From: Thiotrichales bacterium
GTDB lineage: Bacteria; Pseudomonadota; Gammaproteobacteria; Francisellales; CACEW01
Length of the DNA stretch: 64,000 nucleotides
Reading direction: 5' to 3'
NCBI GenBank assembly: GCA_947478525.1
Contig: CANJVU010000004.1
Location: 22,458-86,457 of the forward strand
Both the position numbers and the translations under genes were made by a program. Below the pieces are notes generated by a model, which saw nothing but the letters and a program-made list of their open reading frames with translations, was not told the origin of the DNA and ran no database searches. Positions within the stretch are counted from its first letter, which is position 1; every line of letters starts with the position of its first letter. Shown one piece after another: positions 1 to 10,049 of this stretch.

Positions 1-678
1 GACCGGCAAAATCAAGGATTGGCGCTCTACTTCACCCATCTCCACCAGCACTTCGAAGGTGACCATCGACTGACCGTTAAATCCGGCACAATATAAGCGA
101 TGTAAAGCACTCAAATGACCACAGGTGCCCAGATGCTTGGCAATGTCCTCTGCCAAAGTACGGATATATGTGCCTTTACTGCAGACGACCTCAAAGGTTA
201 GGGTGTCAGCGGTAAAATCGACCAAATCCAATTTATAAATAGTCACATTACGCGATGGTAGAATCAACTCCACACCATCAAGGGCTAGTTTATACAAGGG
301 CTTGCCTTGGTGCTTGATCGCGGAAAACATCGGAGGAATTTGAGCAATCACACCGCGAAACTGATCCAGTGTTTGTTCGATTTTTTCTTGTGTCAATGCA
401 GGCGTTGAGGAGGTTTCGATGACTTCACCCGCCGCATCACCGGTGTTGGTCGCTTGGCCGAACTGCACCTTAGCGCGATAGGTTTTATCGACGTGGAGCA
501 TGTATTCAATAGTTTTGGTGGCATGTTCAAAGAACAGCGGCAACATACCGGTGGCCATGGGGTCTAGAGTGCCAGAATGTCCGGCTTTATTGACGCCCAA
601 CAGCCGGCGCACTTTCTGTAAAGCAGGAGTGGAAGCGATGCCTTTGGATTTGTTGAGAAGAAGGATACCCGGGGTCAT
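1..678 (-). CDS. truB: tRNA pseudouridine(55) synthase TruB (3' part runs off window edge)
   Basis: Minus-strand frame open to position 1, ATG at 678: MTPGILLLNKSKGIASTPALQKVRRLLGVNKAGHSGTLDPMATGMLP. Carries the TruB GTLDP motif and sits downstream of rbfA as in the conserved nusA-infB-rbfA-truB operon. Confidence 0.9.
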   Translation of the reverse strand, partial: MTPGILLLNKSKGIASTPALQKVRRLLGVNKAGHSGTLDPMATGMLPLFFEHATKTIEYMLHVDKTYRAKVQFGQATNTGDAAGEVIETSSTPALTQEKIEQTLDQFRGVIAQIPPMFSAIKHQGKPLYKLALDGVELILPSRNVTIYKLDLVDFTADTLTFEVVCSKGTYIRTLAEDIAKHLGTCGHLSALHRLYCAGFNGQSMVTFEVLVEMGEVERQSLILPV

Positions 679-686
679 GTTAAAAA

Positions 687-1046
687 CTAATCCGCTCGCG
701 GATTGCCTAATGCCTTATCAATCAAACTGGAAATATGCTGACCATGCTGCACAGTGGTGTCATAAATAAACTGCAGTTCTGGCGTAATGCGCAATTCACA
801 TTGTTTGGCGATTTGATGCCGCAAAAAACCTTTGGCATTATTCAATACTTGCAGCGCTTGCTTTTGGTCAACATCGTCTTTTAAGAACGAAATGTACACC
901 TTGGCGAAGGACAAATCCTTCGCCACTTTGATCGCAGAAATCGTCGCCATCGCCAACCGCGGATCGCGGATCTCACGCTGCAGAGTCTCCGCCAACACCC
1001 GGTGGATCAAATCTTCAACGCGATGCATCCGAGTCGGATTGGCCAC
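687..1046 (-). CDS. rbfA: ribosome-binding factor A
   Basis: 119 aa with an RbfA-like N-terminus (RVEDLIHRVLAETLQREIRDPRL). Lies directly after infB. Confidence 0.9.
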   Translation of the reverse strand: MANPTRMHRVEDLIHRVLAETLQREIRDPRLAMATISAIKVAKDLSFAKVYISFLKDDVDQKQALQVLNNAKGFLRHQIAKQCELRITPELQFIYDTTVQHGQHISSLIDKALGNPRAD

Positions 1047-1048
1047 GG

Positions 1049-3586
1049 TTATAACTCCCGTTTAACCTGAGTGACTTCGTATACTTCGATCTGGTCACCG
1101 ACTTTAACATCGTTGTAACCTTTCACGCCGATACCACACTCCATGCCTTCACGCACTTCGCTGGCATCGTCTTTAAAGCGACGCAACGATTCAAGCGAAC
1201 CTTGGTAAATCACCACGTTGTCACGCAATACCCGAATCGGGTTGTTACGCTTGATCAGACCATCGATGACCATACAGCCAGCAATGGTACCAAATTTTGG
1301 TGAGCGGAAAATATCACGCACCGCAGCAATACCAATGATGCTTTCTTTGCGAATTGGCGACAACATACCGGTCATCGCTTGTTTCACATCATCGATCAAA
1401 TCGTAAATGATGCTGTAGTAACGGATGCTAACATCTTCATGCTCTGCCAAACGCCTGGCCGTAGCATCGGCACGCACGTTAAAGCCAAATAAAACCGCAC
1501 CTGAAGCCAGCGCCAAGTTGACGTCGGATTCGGTAATTCCACCGGTTCCACTTGACACCACCTGTACTTTCACTTCCGCCGTCGACAAGCGATTCAATGC
1601 TTCTACCAATGCTTCTACCGAACCTTGCACATCACCTTTGATGATGATTTTCAAGGTTTTTTCTTTATCTTCTTGGCCAATGCGCTCAAAGATATTCTCA
1701 AGCTTGGTCGCTTGTTGACGTGCAAATTTCACCGCACGGAACTTACCTTGACGGAACAAGGCCACTTCACGAGCTTTTTTCTCATCTTTCAACACTAAGA
1801 AATCATCGCCTGCTTTTGGGGTACCGGATAAGCCCAATACTTCCACAGGAATCGAGGGACCTGCCTCAGAGACTTGTTTACCGGTCTCATCAAATAAGGC
1901 GCGCACACGGCCATATTCAAAGCCTGCCAATAAAATATCGCCTTTACGTAAGGTACCATTTTGTACCAATACCGACGCCACGGTACCACGACCTTTATCC
2001 AAACGGGATTCCAACACCACGCCTTTGGCAAGGGTGTCTGGCATAGCGGTTAATTCTAACACTTCCGCCTGCGTTAAAATACTATCGAGCAATTTATCGA
2101 TACCATCGCCTTTTTTAGCGGAAACATTGACGAACATGTTCTCACCACCCCATTCTTCGGGGATGATTTCATGCTGGGTTAATTCATTACGAATACGGTC
2201 GGGATCGGCTTCTGCTTTATCGATTTTATTGACCGCCACCACCACTGGCACTTTCGCCGCCTTGGCATGCTTAATGGCCTCAATGGTTTGAGGCATCACG
2301 CCATCATCAGCAGCAACGACCAACACCACGATATCCGTACAGTTGGCACCACGGGCACGCATCGCGGTAAACGCTTCGTGACCCGGTGTATCCAAGAAGG
2401 TAATCATGCCACGTTCGGTTTCCACATGGTAAGCACCAATATGCTGAGTAATACCACCGGCTTCGCCTGCTGCCACCTTAGTGCGACGAATATAGTCGAG
2501 CAACGAGGTTTTACCATGGTCAACGTGACCCATAATGGTCACCACTGGCGCGCGTGATTTAGACTCACCTTGGACGTGTTCGCTCACCAGCGAATCTTCC
2601 AACTCATTGACATTCATCGGCACCGCTTTATGACCCATTTCTTCGGTTACCAGCAATGCGGTTTCTTGATCGAGCATTTGGTTGATGGTGGCCATCACGC
2701 CCATTTTCATCAAAACTTTAATGACTTCAACGCCTTTTACGGTCATCTTTTGCGCCAATTCTGACACCGTGATCGATTCAGGAATTTGAATGTCGCGCTT
2801 GATCGGCTCTGCGGGTTTTTCAAATTTTTGGGTTTTGACCATCACCGGTGCTGAAGGACGCTTAAATTTACGGCGCCTTGGCGCGCCAGAAAAAGCATTA
2901 CTGGCCGGCTCTTCATCCTCTTCCGAAGGTGCAGTCATCATCATCACTCGCTTAGGATTAAAATGATCCTCGCCGCCTTTGAGCTTAGCTTTTTTGGCTT
3001 TTTTAGCACCTTCTTCCTCTTCCAGCGCCAGCTGACGCTTACGCTTCAACTCTTGTTGTTCTTGGGTTAATTCAGGTTCTGTTTTCACCGCCTCCACTTC
3101 AATCACGGCGGCTGGCACATGACCAGACTGCTCTGCTGTGGTTCCGGTTTCTTCTGCCAATTTGGCTTTAGCAATGGTTTCTTGCTCGGTTTTGCGCTTG
3201 GCTTCCGCTTCTAATTGACGACGTTTGGCTTCAGCTTCCGCTTCTTTTTTCAAACGCGCTTCTTCTTCCAAACGCTCACGTTCAACATCTTCTGCCGTTT
3301 TGATGGTAAAAGTGCGCTTTTTACGAACCGCGATATTGGTCAAATTATTATTGTTTGCCGTACTTACTGGTGTTTTTAAAACCGCACCTGCGCCCAATTT
3401 CAGGGTCATTTTTTTAGGCGCGACCACTGCGCCCTGAATATGGTTTAGTAATGTTTTTTTCTGATCATCGTTGACCAAATCGTTCGGTGTTTTTTGTGGC
3501 AACCCTGCCTCTTTCAGCTTGGTCAACAACACATCAACACCAATACCAATGGCGATGGCCAGCTGGTTAACCGTTATATCAGCCAT
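1049..3586 (-). CDS. infB: translation initiation factor IF-2
   Basis: 845 aa. GTPase motifs [20 protein letters not shown] and NKID; charged Lys/Glu/Ala-rich N-terminal region typical of IF-2. Confidence 0.97.
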
Positions 3587-3597
3587 GGTACGCTCTC

Positions 3598-5079
3598 CTA
3601 CTTTTGCTCACCTGAGAACCAAGGTGCTCGTGCGGTCATAATTAATTCTCCCGCACGTTTCGCGTCCATCCCAGGTACTTCTAATAATTCATCAATCGAT
3701 TGCTCAGCCAGATCTTCCATGGTGACGATACCGCGTTGTGCCAACGTATGCGCCAACACGACGTCCATGCCTTGCATTTTCAGCAGATCCGCTGCTGGCG
3801 TGGTTTTACCACTCAACGCTTGCGTCAATAACACGTTTTTAGCACGGTCTTGCAGCTCAGCCACGATATCCGCATCAAAACCTTGAATCGATAACATTTC
3901 TTCTGGCTCAACATGTGCCACTTCTTCTAATTGTGTAAAACCAGCTTCAACCAACAATGCCGCAATGTCTTCATCTACTTCCAAATGCTCAGCAAACATT
4001 TTTAAATACGCTTGTTGTTCTGCGTCTTGCTTGGCTTGTGCTTCGTTTTCCGCCATCACGTTTAGTGACCAGCCGGTTAATTTAGCAGCCAGACGCACGT
4101 TTTGTCCGCCTTTACCAATCGCCAATGACAACTGATCTTCGGTAACTGCAACATCCATGCTATGACGATCTTCATCAACCACAATGGAGATTACTTCTGC
4201 GGGCGCCATCGCGTTAATCACAAACTGCGCAGGACTGTCATTCCACAACACCACATCAATGCGTTCGCCCGCTAATTCATTAGAGATGGCCTGCACGCGC
4301 GCACCGCGCATGCCAACACAGGCGCCCACAGGGTCAATACGACGATCATTCGTATGCACAGCGATTTTGGCACGGGAACCTGGATCACGCGCAGCGGCTT
4401 TAATTTGAATCACTTCTTCCGTAATTTCCGGTACTTCTAATTTAAACAAGGCCACCAGCATTTCATTGCACGCGCGGCTTAATACGATTTGTGCACCACG
4501 TTGGTCACGCACCACTTCTTTCAAATAACATTTGATGCGATCCCCTGAACGGAATGCTTCGCGTGGAATCCATTCAGTACGCGGCAAGATACCTTCAATA
4601 CCGCCGAGCTCTACCATCACAATGTCGCGGGTCGCGCGTTTTACGGTGCCGTTGATCAATTTGCCTTTGCGCTCTTCAAAATGCGCGATGATTTTTTCGC
4701 GTTCTGCTTCTCGCACTTTTTGCACAATCACTTGTTTCGCGGTTTGTGCCGCGATACGGCCGAATTCAATCGAGGACATTTGCTCTTCAATTACATCACC
4801 AATTTGCAATTCAGCGTCTTCTTTGCGCGCTTCATCCAACGTCATTTGCGCTTCTGCATTTTCCACAGCTTCCGCATCTTCAACCACGGTCCAGCGGCGG
4901 AAAGTTTCATATTCACCGGATTTGCGGTCAATGCTCACGCGCACATCCATCAGCTCGCTGGCGTGACGTTTGCGGGTGGCCATGGCCAATGCCAATTCCA
5001 TTGCTTCAAAAATAATATCGCGGTCTACGCCTTTTTCGTTGGCAACGGCTTCAATGACCAATAATAATTCTTTACTCAT
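3598..5079 (-). CDS. nusA: transcription termination/antitermination factor NusA
   Basis: Start placed at the internal ATG 5079 ([18 protein letters not shown]), the canonical NusA N-terminus. The longer ORF to 5130 would overlap rimP. S1/KH region and C-terminal acidic repeats are present. Confidence 0.95.
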
Positions 5080-5089
5080 GTTATGTTCC

Positions 5090-5542
5090 TTATCGTTCTG
5101 GTACCACCTGTGCGCGATCAACTTGCGCAAAGGCGATGTCTACAACAACATCATCTACTTTAACGTGGAGGGTTTCGCCTTCCACACCAACCAATTCGCC
5201 TTGTAATTTACGGCGACCGTTAATCGGCATCTGTAAACGCAACTCAATCACCTGACCAATACAGCGTTGATAATGGGTCAGATAAAACAGCGGCCGATCC
5301 ATGCCAGGAGAGGACACTTCCAAGGTATAATGCCCCTGGATCGCATCTTCCACATCCAGCACCGAGCCCACTTGGCGGCTCACTTTTTCACAATCGTCCA
5401 CACCAATACCATCGGCATGTTCGATGTACACGCGCAACAACGCGTGCTTACCTTGGGGCAAGTATACCACAGCCCACAATTCATAGCCCAAAGCTTCCAC
5501 TTCAGGCTGTAGCAACGCAAAGAGATCTTGCATTCTTGCCAT
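5090..5542 (-). CDS. rimP: ribosome maturation factor RimP
   Basis: 150 aa (LEVSSPGMDRPL motif), immediately upstream of nusA. Confidence 0.9.
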   Translation of the reverse strand: MARMQDLFALLQPEVEALGYELWAVVYLPQGKHALLRVYIEHADGIGVDDCEKVSRQVGSVLDVEDAIQGHYTLEVSSPGMDRPLFYLTHYQRCIGQVIELRLQMPINGRRKLQGELVGVEGETLHVKVDDVVVDIAFAQVDRAQVVPER

Positions 5543-5560
5543 TTTTAAACTCCAATAAAA

Positions 5561-5583
5561 AAAGGTCCCGAGGACCCTTTTTT
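5561..5583 (-). terminator. weak hairpin plus T-run; probable native terminator downstream of the tRNA-fMet gene
   Basis: On the minus strand, GGUCC-UCG-GGACC is followed by UUUUUUUAUU. It lies 13 nt after the distal att repeat, so it would follow the tRNA if the island were absent. Confidence 0.4.
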
Positions 5584-5595
5584 AAATATCACATT

Positions 5596-5609
5596 TGGTT
5601 GCGGGGGCA
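5596..5609. repeat. distal att direct repeat (14 bp, TGGTTGCGGGGGCA)
   Basis: Exact copy of 20625-20638, which is the 3' end of tRNA-fMet. Confidence 0.75.
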
Positions 5610-6062
5610 TCATTTTAATAATCCCTTGAAAGGCTTTTCACCACAAGATCTTATTAAAACAAGTCTTTCAACTTGCCCCCAAAATTGCCCCCATGTTAAA
5701 TCACTGGTCAGAGCGTTTCAACAGAACTCAAGACAATTCGGTTGAACTGGAGTTTATAAGAAATTATAGCAATGTTCAAGCAATTCCTTGTATTTTTCAT
5801 TGCACGGGTCGCAAACCACACGAAAAATCACCAAATTCAATTTTCAACTCTTTAAGTTGCAAAAGGCAATATGCCTTTTCTGCCCCTCACCATGGATATA
5901 TTTGCAAACACAGTTGGGAGTATAAAACAATCAACCCTTTCTAATTGAAGCGCTAAACCCTTTAAAATACAAGCGACATGGGGGTTTTATTTTTTCTTCA
6001 AGAAAAAATAAATTGCCAATTATACGGGAAAGACACGGTATGTATTTTGTACCGAATCGGTA

Positions 6063-6171
6063 GTAAGCTAAACGCAGATAGTTGATATGAGGCTATCTGA
6101 ACAATCATTGAACAAGGAGCAATATTATGATTACTGAAAATAAAACGATATTTCACTGCTTACGGTTTCCG
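6063..6171 (+). repeat. copy 1 of the duplicated alpA leader and first 15 codons
   Basis: About 85% identical by eye to 6438-6546. Includes hairpin CAGATAG-N11-CTATCTG (6075-6099), RBS AAGGAGC and an ATG. Confidence 0.85.
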
Positions 6172-6300
6172 TGGAGATCAAGCAGCATCGTACGCAAGTT
6201 GATGCATCCCGGCAGAAATGCGTTAAAGCTGTTGGATGGCAATATGCCCTTTTTTACCTCCCGCTATAAGCGTATTTGCAAAAATAATGCGGAATGTTAA
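6127..6300 (+). pseudogene. alpA-like 5' remnant / chimeric 57-aa ORF
   Basis: MITENKTIFHCLRFP matches the AlpA N-terminus (MTTENKAISHCLRFP). It then diverges with no HTH. The ORF is below the track cutoff. Confidence 0.35.
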
Positions 6301-6437
6301 ACGAGCGTATTTTCGAAGAGAAGCCTGAAATCCTTTAAAACACAAACAGCACAGGCATTTTCTTTTTGTTTTTCGTGACAATAAATTGTAATACATGTAT
6401 GTGGAAACTCACATATATGCCTTGCACCACACAAGGC

Positions 6438-6546
6438 GTAAGCTAAACACAGATAGTTGATGTGAGGCTATCTGAACAATCACTAAACAAGGAGCAACAC
6501 CATGACTACTGAAAATAAAGCAATATCCCACTGCCTGCGGTTTCCG
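6438..6546 (+). repeat. copy 2 of the alpA leader and first 15 codons
   Basis: See 6063-6171. Hairpin CAGATAG-N11-CTATCTG lies at 6450-6474. Confidence 0.85.
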
Positions 6547-6699
6547 CAACTGAAAGCAATGGTTGGCCTAAGCCGCGCCACGATTTGGCGACTTGAGCGC
6601 TTGGGACAGTTCCCCAAGCGTCGTCAAATCTCACCAAGAACCGTGGCATGGCTACGCGAAGAAGTCGATGACTGGATTAAACAAAGAGAAATGGCATAA
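6502..6699 (+). CDS. alpA: AlpA-family (prophage CP4-57-type) HTH regulator/excisionase-like protein
   Basis: 65 aa: LKAMVGLSRATIWRLERLGQFPKRRQISPRTVAWLREEVDDWI matches the AlpA family pattern. RBS AAGGAGC is upstream. Confidence 0.85.
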   Translation: MTTENKAISHCLRFPQLKAMVGLSRATIWRLERLGQFPKRRQISPRTVAWLREEVDDWIKQREMA

Positions 6700-6712
6700 G
6701 GAGGGAAACACC

Positions 6713-8488
6713 ATGATAACCGAAGAAAAAAGCCCACTGCTTGGCGGCGATATGGGCTTTCAGATACCACAGAGGCATTATACCAATAACGTTACCACGG
6801 CGCAATTTCGCACTGCAACGATGAATGCAGGGATTGAGCCACCCGCTGATATTGTGGCGGATGGTAACGTCCATCGTTTTGCTACCCGCAGAAAATCCAA
6901 CGCTGAAGCAGCAGCAAAAGCAGTGGTCGAAAACGCCATTGCCAAACCAGTTGCACCTGCTTGGTCTCTGCCAAATCCAATACAGGCAAGTCTTAAGCCT
7001 GTGCCAGCGTTTGATGCAGAGGCACTATTGCCAGAAGTATTACGCGACTGGATCATCAACGAAGCTGACCGTATGCCCTGCCCACCAGATTTTATTGCAG
7101 CGGCAACGTTGGTGGCGCTTGGTTCGGTGATAGGTGCTCGCTGTGCCATCCGGCCAAAAACACAAGATGACTGGTTGATTATACCGAATCTATGGGGTGG
7201 CATTGTGGGCTTACCCAGCGCCAAGAAATCACCAGCGATTAGTGCTGCATTAAAACCGCTGGATAAGCTAATCAGTGAAGCGGTAACGCACCACGAAGCT
7301 GAAAAACAACAAATGGAAACCGAGTACACCATTTTACAGGCACAGAAAGACGCCATTGAAAACCGCATCAAAGCCGCTGCCAGAGACGCTAAAAAAGGTG
7401 ATTTGACGATGTTGGCGAGGGAGTTGCAAGAACATCAACAACAGTTACTTGAAAAACCCAAGCTACGCCGCTTCAAAACCAATGATAGCACCGTGGAGAA
7501 ATTGGGGGAGTTGCTACGCGATAACCCTAATGGTTTATTGATACTGCGTGATGAGCTGGTTGGTCTGATTGCCTCATGGGACAAAGAAGGCCGCGAGGGT
7601 GAGCGTGCGTTTTATCTGGAATCCTGGAATGGCAGCGGTAGTTTTGATACCGACCGCATCGGCCGAGGTTCAATCTTTATTCCTAATGTATGCCTGTCGA
7701 TTTTTGGTGGCATTCAACCGGATAAGTTAATTGGCTACCTTGAAATGGCAAGCCACGCTCTAGCAAATGACGGTATGTTGCAGCGCTTTCAATTGTTGGT
7801 ATACCCTGACGATCAACCCTGGGAATGGCGGGATAGACTACCTGATGATATGGCGCGGGATCGTGTTTTTGATATTTTTGATAAACTCGCAAATTTTGAT
7901 CCGGTAAATTGGGGAGCAAAACCCGCCAGCGATTTTGTCAAATCCCCCAGTTTCTGCTTTTCCCCAGAAGCACAGGATGTTTTTATCGAATGGTCAATTG
8001 ATCTTCACCAGGGCAAATTGGCAGCTGAGGAACATGCCATCATCGCCCAACACCTTGCCAAGTACGATAAATTGTTTCCAACACTGGCTTTGATCTTTCA
8101 TCTGGTCGATTGTGCCACCACCGGCAAATACGGTGCTGTTACCAAAACATCAGCATTGAGAGCCGCAGCGTGGTGTGATTATCTCGAAGCTCATGCACGG
8201 CGTTGTTACGGGTTGTTGATGGATGATGGCCTCAGAGCCGCCCAGGCATTATCTGACAAAATCAAACAAGGTAAGCTCACCGATGGATTTACCGCGAGAG
8301 ATGTTCGGCGCAACCGGTGGAAATACTTAACCACTGATGAAGCCATACAAGCTGCTCTGGATTGGCTTGAGGATGAATATTGGGTTAAACCAGTCTTAAC
8401 CAATAGCAATGGTCGTCATACCATCCGTTATTCGATACACCCAACTTGCAGTGCAGAGGTAGGAGGTCACCATGAGCAAATGGACTGA
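6713..8488 (+). CDS. DUF3987 (YfjI-like) protein, putative island replication protein
   Basis: Start chosen at ATG 6713 after RBS AAGGAGGG; the ORF-track start at 6593 overlaps alpA. Contains the DUF3987-type segment DWLIIPNLWGGIVGLPSAKKSPAISAALKPL. The N-terminal ADGNVHRF resembles the P4-type primase N-terminal motif, but no Toprim region is recognisable. Confidence 0.8.
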   Translation: MITEEKSPLLGGDMGFQIPQRHYTNNVTTAQFRTATMNAGIEPPADIVADGNVHRFATRRKSNAEAAAKAVVENAIAKPVAPAWSLPNPIQASLKPVPAFDAEALLPEVLRDWIINEADRMPCPPDFIAAATLVALGSVIGARCAIRPKTQDDWLIIPNLWGGIVGLPSAKKSPAISAALKPLDKLISEAVTHHEAEKQQMETEYTILQAQKDAIENRIKAAARDAKKGDLTMLARELQEHQQQLLEKPKLRRFKTNDSTVEKLGELLRDNPNGLLILRDELVGLIASWDKEGREGERAFYLESWNGSGSFDTDRIGRGSIFIPNVCLSIFGGIQPDKLIGYLEMASHALANDGMLQRFQLLVYPDDQPWEWRDRLPDDMARDRVFDIFDKLANFDPVNWGAKPASDFVKSPSFCFSPEAQDVFIEWSIDLHQGKLAAEEHAIIAQHLAKYDKLFPTLALIFHLVDCATTGKYGAVTKTSALRAAAWCDYLEAHARRCYGLLMDDGLRAAQALSDKIKQGKLTDGFTARDVRRNRWKYLTTDEAIQAALDWLEDEYWVKPVLTNSNGRHTIRYSIHPTCSAEVGGHHEQMD

Positions 8489-8798
8489 TCGCATCTACTT
8501 TGAAACTCACAAAAGTGCCGCCCAGGGTGCTGCCAAAACTGCCAAAAGTACCCTTTTGACAGCAACGGCAGCAGCCCACCAGGGAGATTGTGAGAAATCA
8601 GCCACCACTTTCGGCAGTAATGGCAGCATGTCACACCAGTACTTTGAGAAAATCGACAAGCCAAAAATCCTACAATGGCTTTGGCATATCGGCGAAACTG
8701 ATCAGGATATCATGGATGAAATCATTGAACGCTGTCGGATTAAAAAAGATGCTTGCCAATATTTTCTCAAGCGAGCGGAGGAGGTACCAAAAAACTGA
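8472..8798 (+). CDS. hypothetical protein (108 aa) whose N-terminal third is encoded by a palindromic repeat unit
   Basis: Strong RBS AGGAGG 5 nt upstream of the ATG. Overlaps the upstream stop by 17 nt. No recognisable family. Confidence 0.6.
   Translation: MSKWTDRIYFETHKSAAQGAAKTAKSTLLTATAAAHQGDCEKSATTFGSNGSMSHQYFEKIDKPKILQWLWHIGETDQDIMDEIIERCRIKKDACQYFLKRAEEVPKN
8529..8627. repeat. 99-bp palindromic repeat unit, copy 1 (inside the 108-aa CDS)
   Basis: About 88-90% identical by eye to 8817-8915. Contains multiple CTGCCAAAA / TTTTGGCAG motifs. Confidence 0.9.
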
Positions 8799-8816
8799 AA
8801 AAGGTGCCAGTGAGGC

Positions 8817-8915
8817 GCTGCCAAAACTGCCAAAAGTACTCTTTTGGCAGCAACGGCAGCAGCCCAGCAGGGGGATTTTGAGAAATCCGCCCCTACTTTC
8901 GGCAGTTTTGGCAGC
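8817..8915. repeat. 99-bp palindromic repeat unit, copy 2 (intergenic)
   Basis: 21-nt terminal inverted repeats (8817-8837 vs 8895-8915, 1 mismatch). Inner 10-bp hairpin at 8827-8836 / 8841-8850. Confidence 0.9.
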
Positions 8916-9130
8916 ACCCCAACCAGGGCTTTTTGAAATTTTAGAGTCTATTTTATCATCACCCTTGGTTCGCTTTAAACTTCCAATCCGATAATTTTTT
9001 AATTTATTTTAACAGATTTTGATCAGCTCTATCTCTCTGCCCATAAGCTACTCCTCCACATTTTTCATCAGACGTAAACGGTGCTAAATTGTGCTTTGGT
9101 TTGAACCTAACCCTAATCGCTGAGTGTTCT

Positions 9131-9995
9131 TACGACTACTCGTACTGTAGGGACAGTACGCGTACCTGGCTGATACAGCCAGGAGTGTCGTCTGCATTTG
9201 GATTACAACACCAAAGACCAGCCGGACACTACTCCAGATGGGTTTTCTATTATTGAGTTATCTTGTCTGGTTAATTTTCCTTTCTTATGTTTTTATTTTT
9301 TTGTTTTTTAATGATTTTTACTGCACACGAAACCACAATACAGAAGCTCAAAAGCAATAAGCCTCTAGGGTTACACGGCAGTTTTAGAATCAGCACACGA
9401 AGTGCTGAGATAAGAGACATCGAACCAATATCGATGTGATGCGACGATCAGATGCAAAAACTATCTGATCGCAAGTACTAACATTACTCGTTCTGTTACT
9501 CGTGAGAGTGGCGGGCAAAGGCTGGCCGGAACTTTTAAGATAGCATCGAGGGCTACCATCACAATATCTATACTTGAGAACCCAGCTTACTGTTGCCAGT
9601 AAGGGTCACGACTCCAAGGGTGGCGGTGACAATGAACAGACGCCTTTAACATCTAGCGTTTCACAGCATTTCAGCTGATCATCAGTGTTATCTAAGATCG
9701 CATTATAATCACACCAAGATCTAAATGCAAACAAAATTTATTCACAAAAAATGCGGATGCAGTGCATCCGACGTATACCGATGAATCGCCGTTACACGGC
9801 AAAAAGTGATTCATCGGACGCGTGCTAAGCTCAACTTCTCGCCGTGGATTTTTTCTTCACAGCCATCACCGGATTTCTTCTTGGGGAAAGGCTTTAGAGG
9901 CGATGACTATGAACCGCTCGAATTCGCTAAGCGCGCGTAGAGCAACGAGGAACTCTCGTTCCCCGTCACTACGTTTTTAACCTAGTGACGGGAAC
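9131..9995. other. hairpin-dense ORF-free segment (possible large structured RNA or ssDNA-structured cis element)
   Basis: Perfect stems:
- 9141-47 / 9154-60
- 9165-72 / 9176-83
- 9417-23 / 9431-37
- 9445-53 / 9463-71
- 9586-92 / 9597-9603
- 9754-60 / 9764-70
- 9778-87 / 9808-17
- 9962-71 / 9983-92

There is no ORF of 60 aa or more in any frame. Confidence 0.4.
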
Positions 9996-10049
9996 ACCAT
10001 AAGCATGATGAGAATATTGATTTTTAATTAGCTTAAAATAAAGCCTATT

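Noticed and set aside
5080-5130. 17-codon N-terminal extension of nusA
   Set aside because: It would overlap the rimP stop. The canonical NusA N-terminus begins at the ATG at 5079.
1218-5512. Numerous 60-144 aa antisense or out-of-frame ORFs inside infB, nusA and rimP; similar ones occur inside ettA, glyS, rep, ubiB, the SNF2 helicase and others
   Set aside because: These are shadow ORFs nested in long, well-supported conserved genes. They have no independent start signals.
5861-5879. 8-bp hairpin AAAAGGCA-ata-TGCCTTTT near the distal island end
   Set aside because: This is a real palindrome, but it is isolated and AT-rich, with no adjacent gene to terminate. There is too little context to assign a role.
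5693-5944. 83-aa plus-strand ORF at the distal end of the island
   Set aside because: It has no RBS and an odd composition, and lies in AT-rich, apparently non-coding att-proximal sequence. I cannot exclude it, but nothing supports it.
6593-6712. N-terminal 40 codons of the 631-aa ORF overlapping alpA
   Set aside because: The internal ATG at 6713 has a strong AAGGAGGG RBS and starts right after the alpA stop. The extension is out-of-frame read-through of alpA.
8529-8915. Possible CRISPR array
   Set aside because: There are only two copies. The units are ~99 bp (far longer than CRISPR repeats) and internally palindromic, with a 189-bp non-repeat gap. No cas genes are present.
8590-8994. 134-aa plus-strand ORF, plus the 71-aa minus-strand ORF at 8702-8917, across the second 99-bp repeat
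   Set aside because: Both overlap the better-supported 108-aa CDS, which has an AGGAGG RBS, or simply read through the palindromic repeat. Neither has an RBS, and the composition is low-complexity.
9131-9995. Group II intron, retron msr/msd or IS-associated guide RNA
   Set aside because: There is no reverse transcriptase, IEP, TnpB, IscB or IS110 gene anywhere in the island. I could not find a GUGYG 5' end or a domain V-like sequence. The hairpins share no repeat unit.
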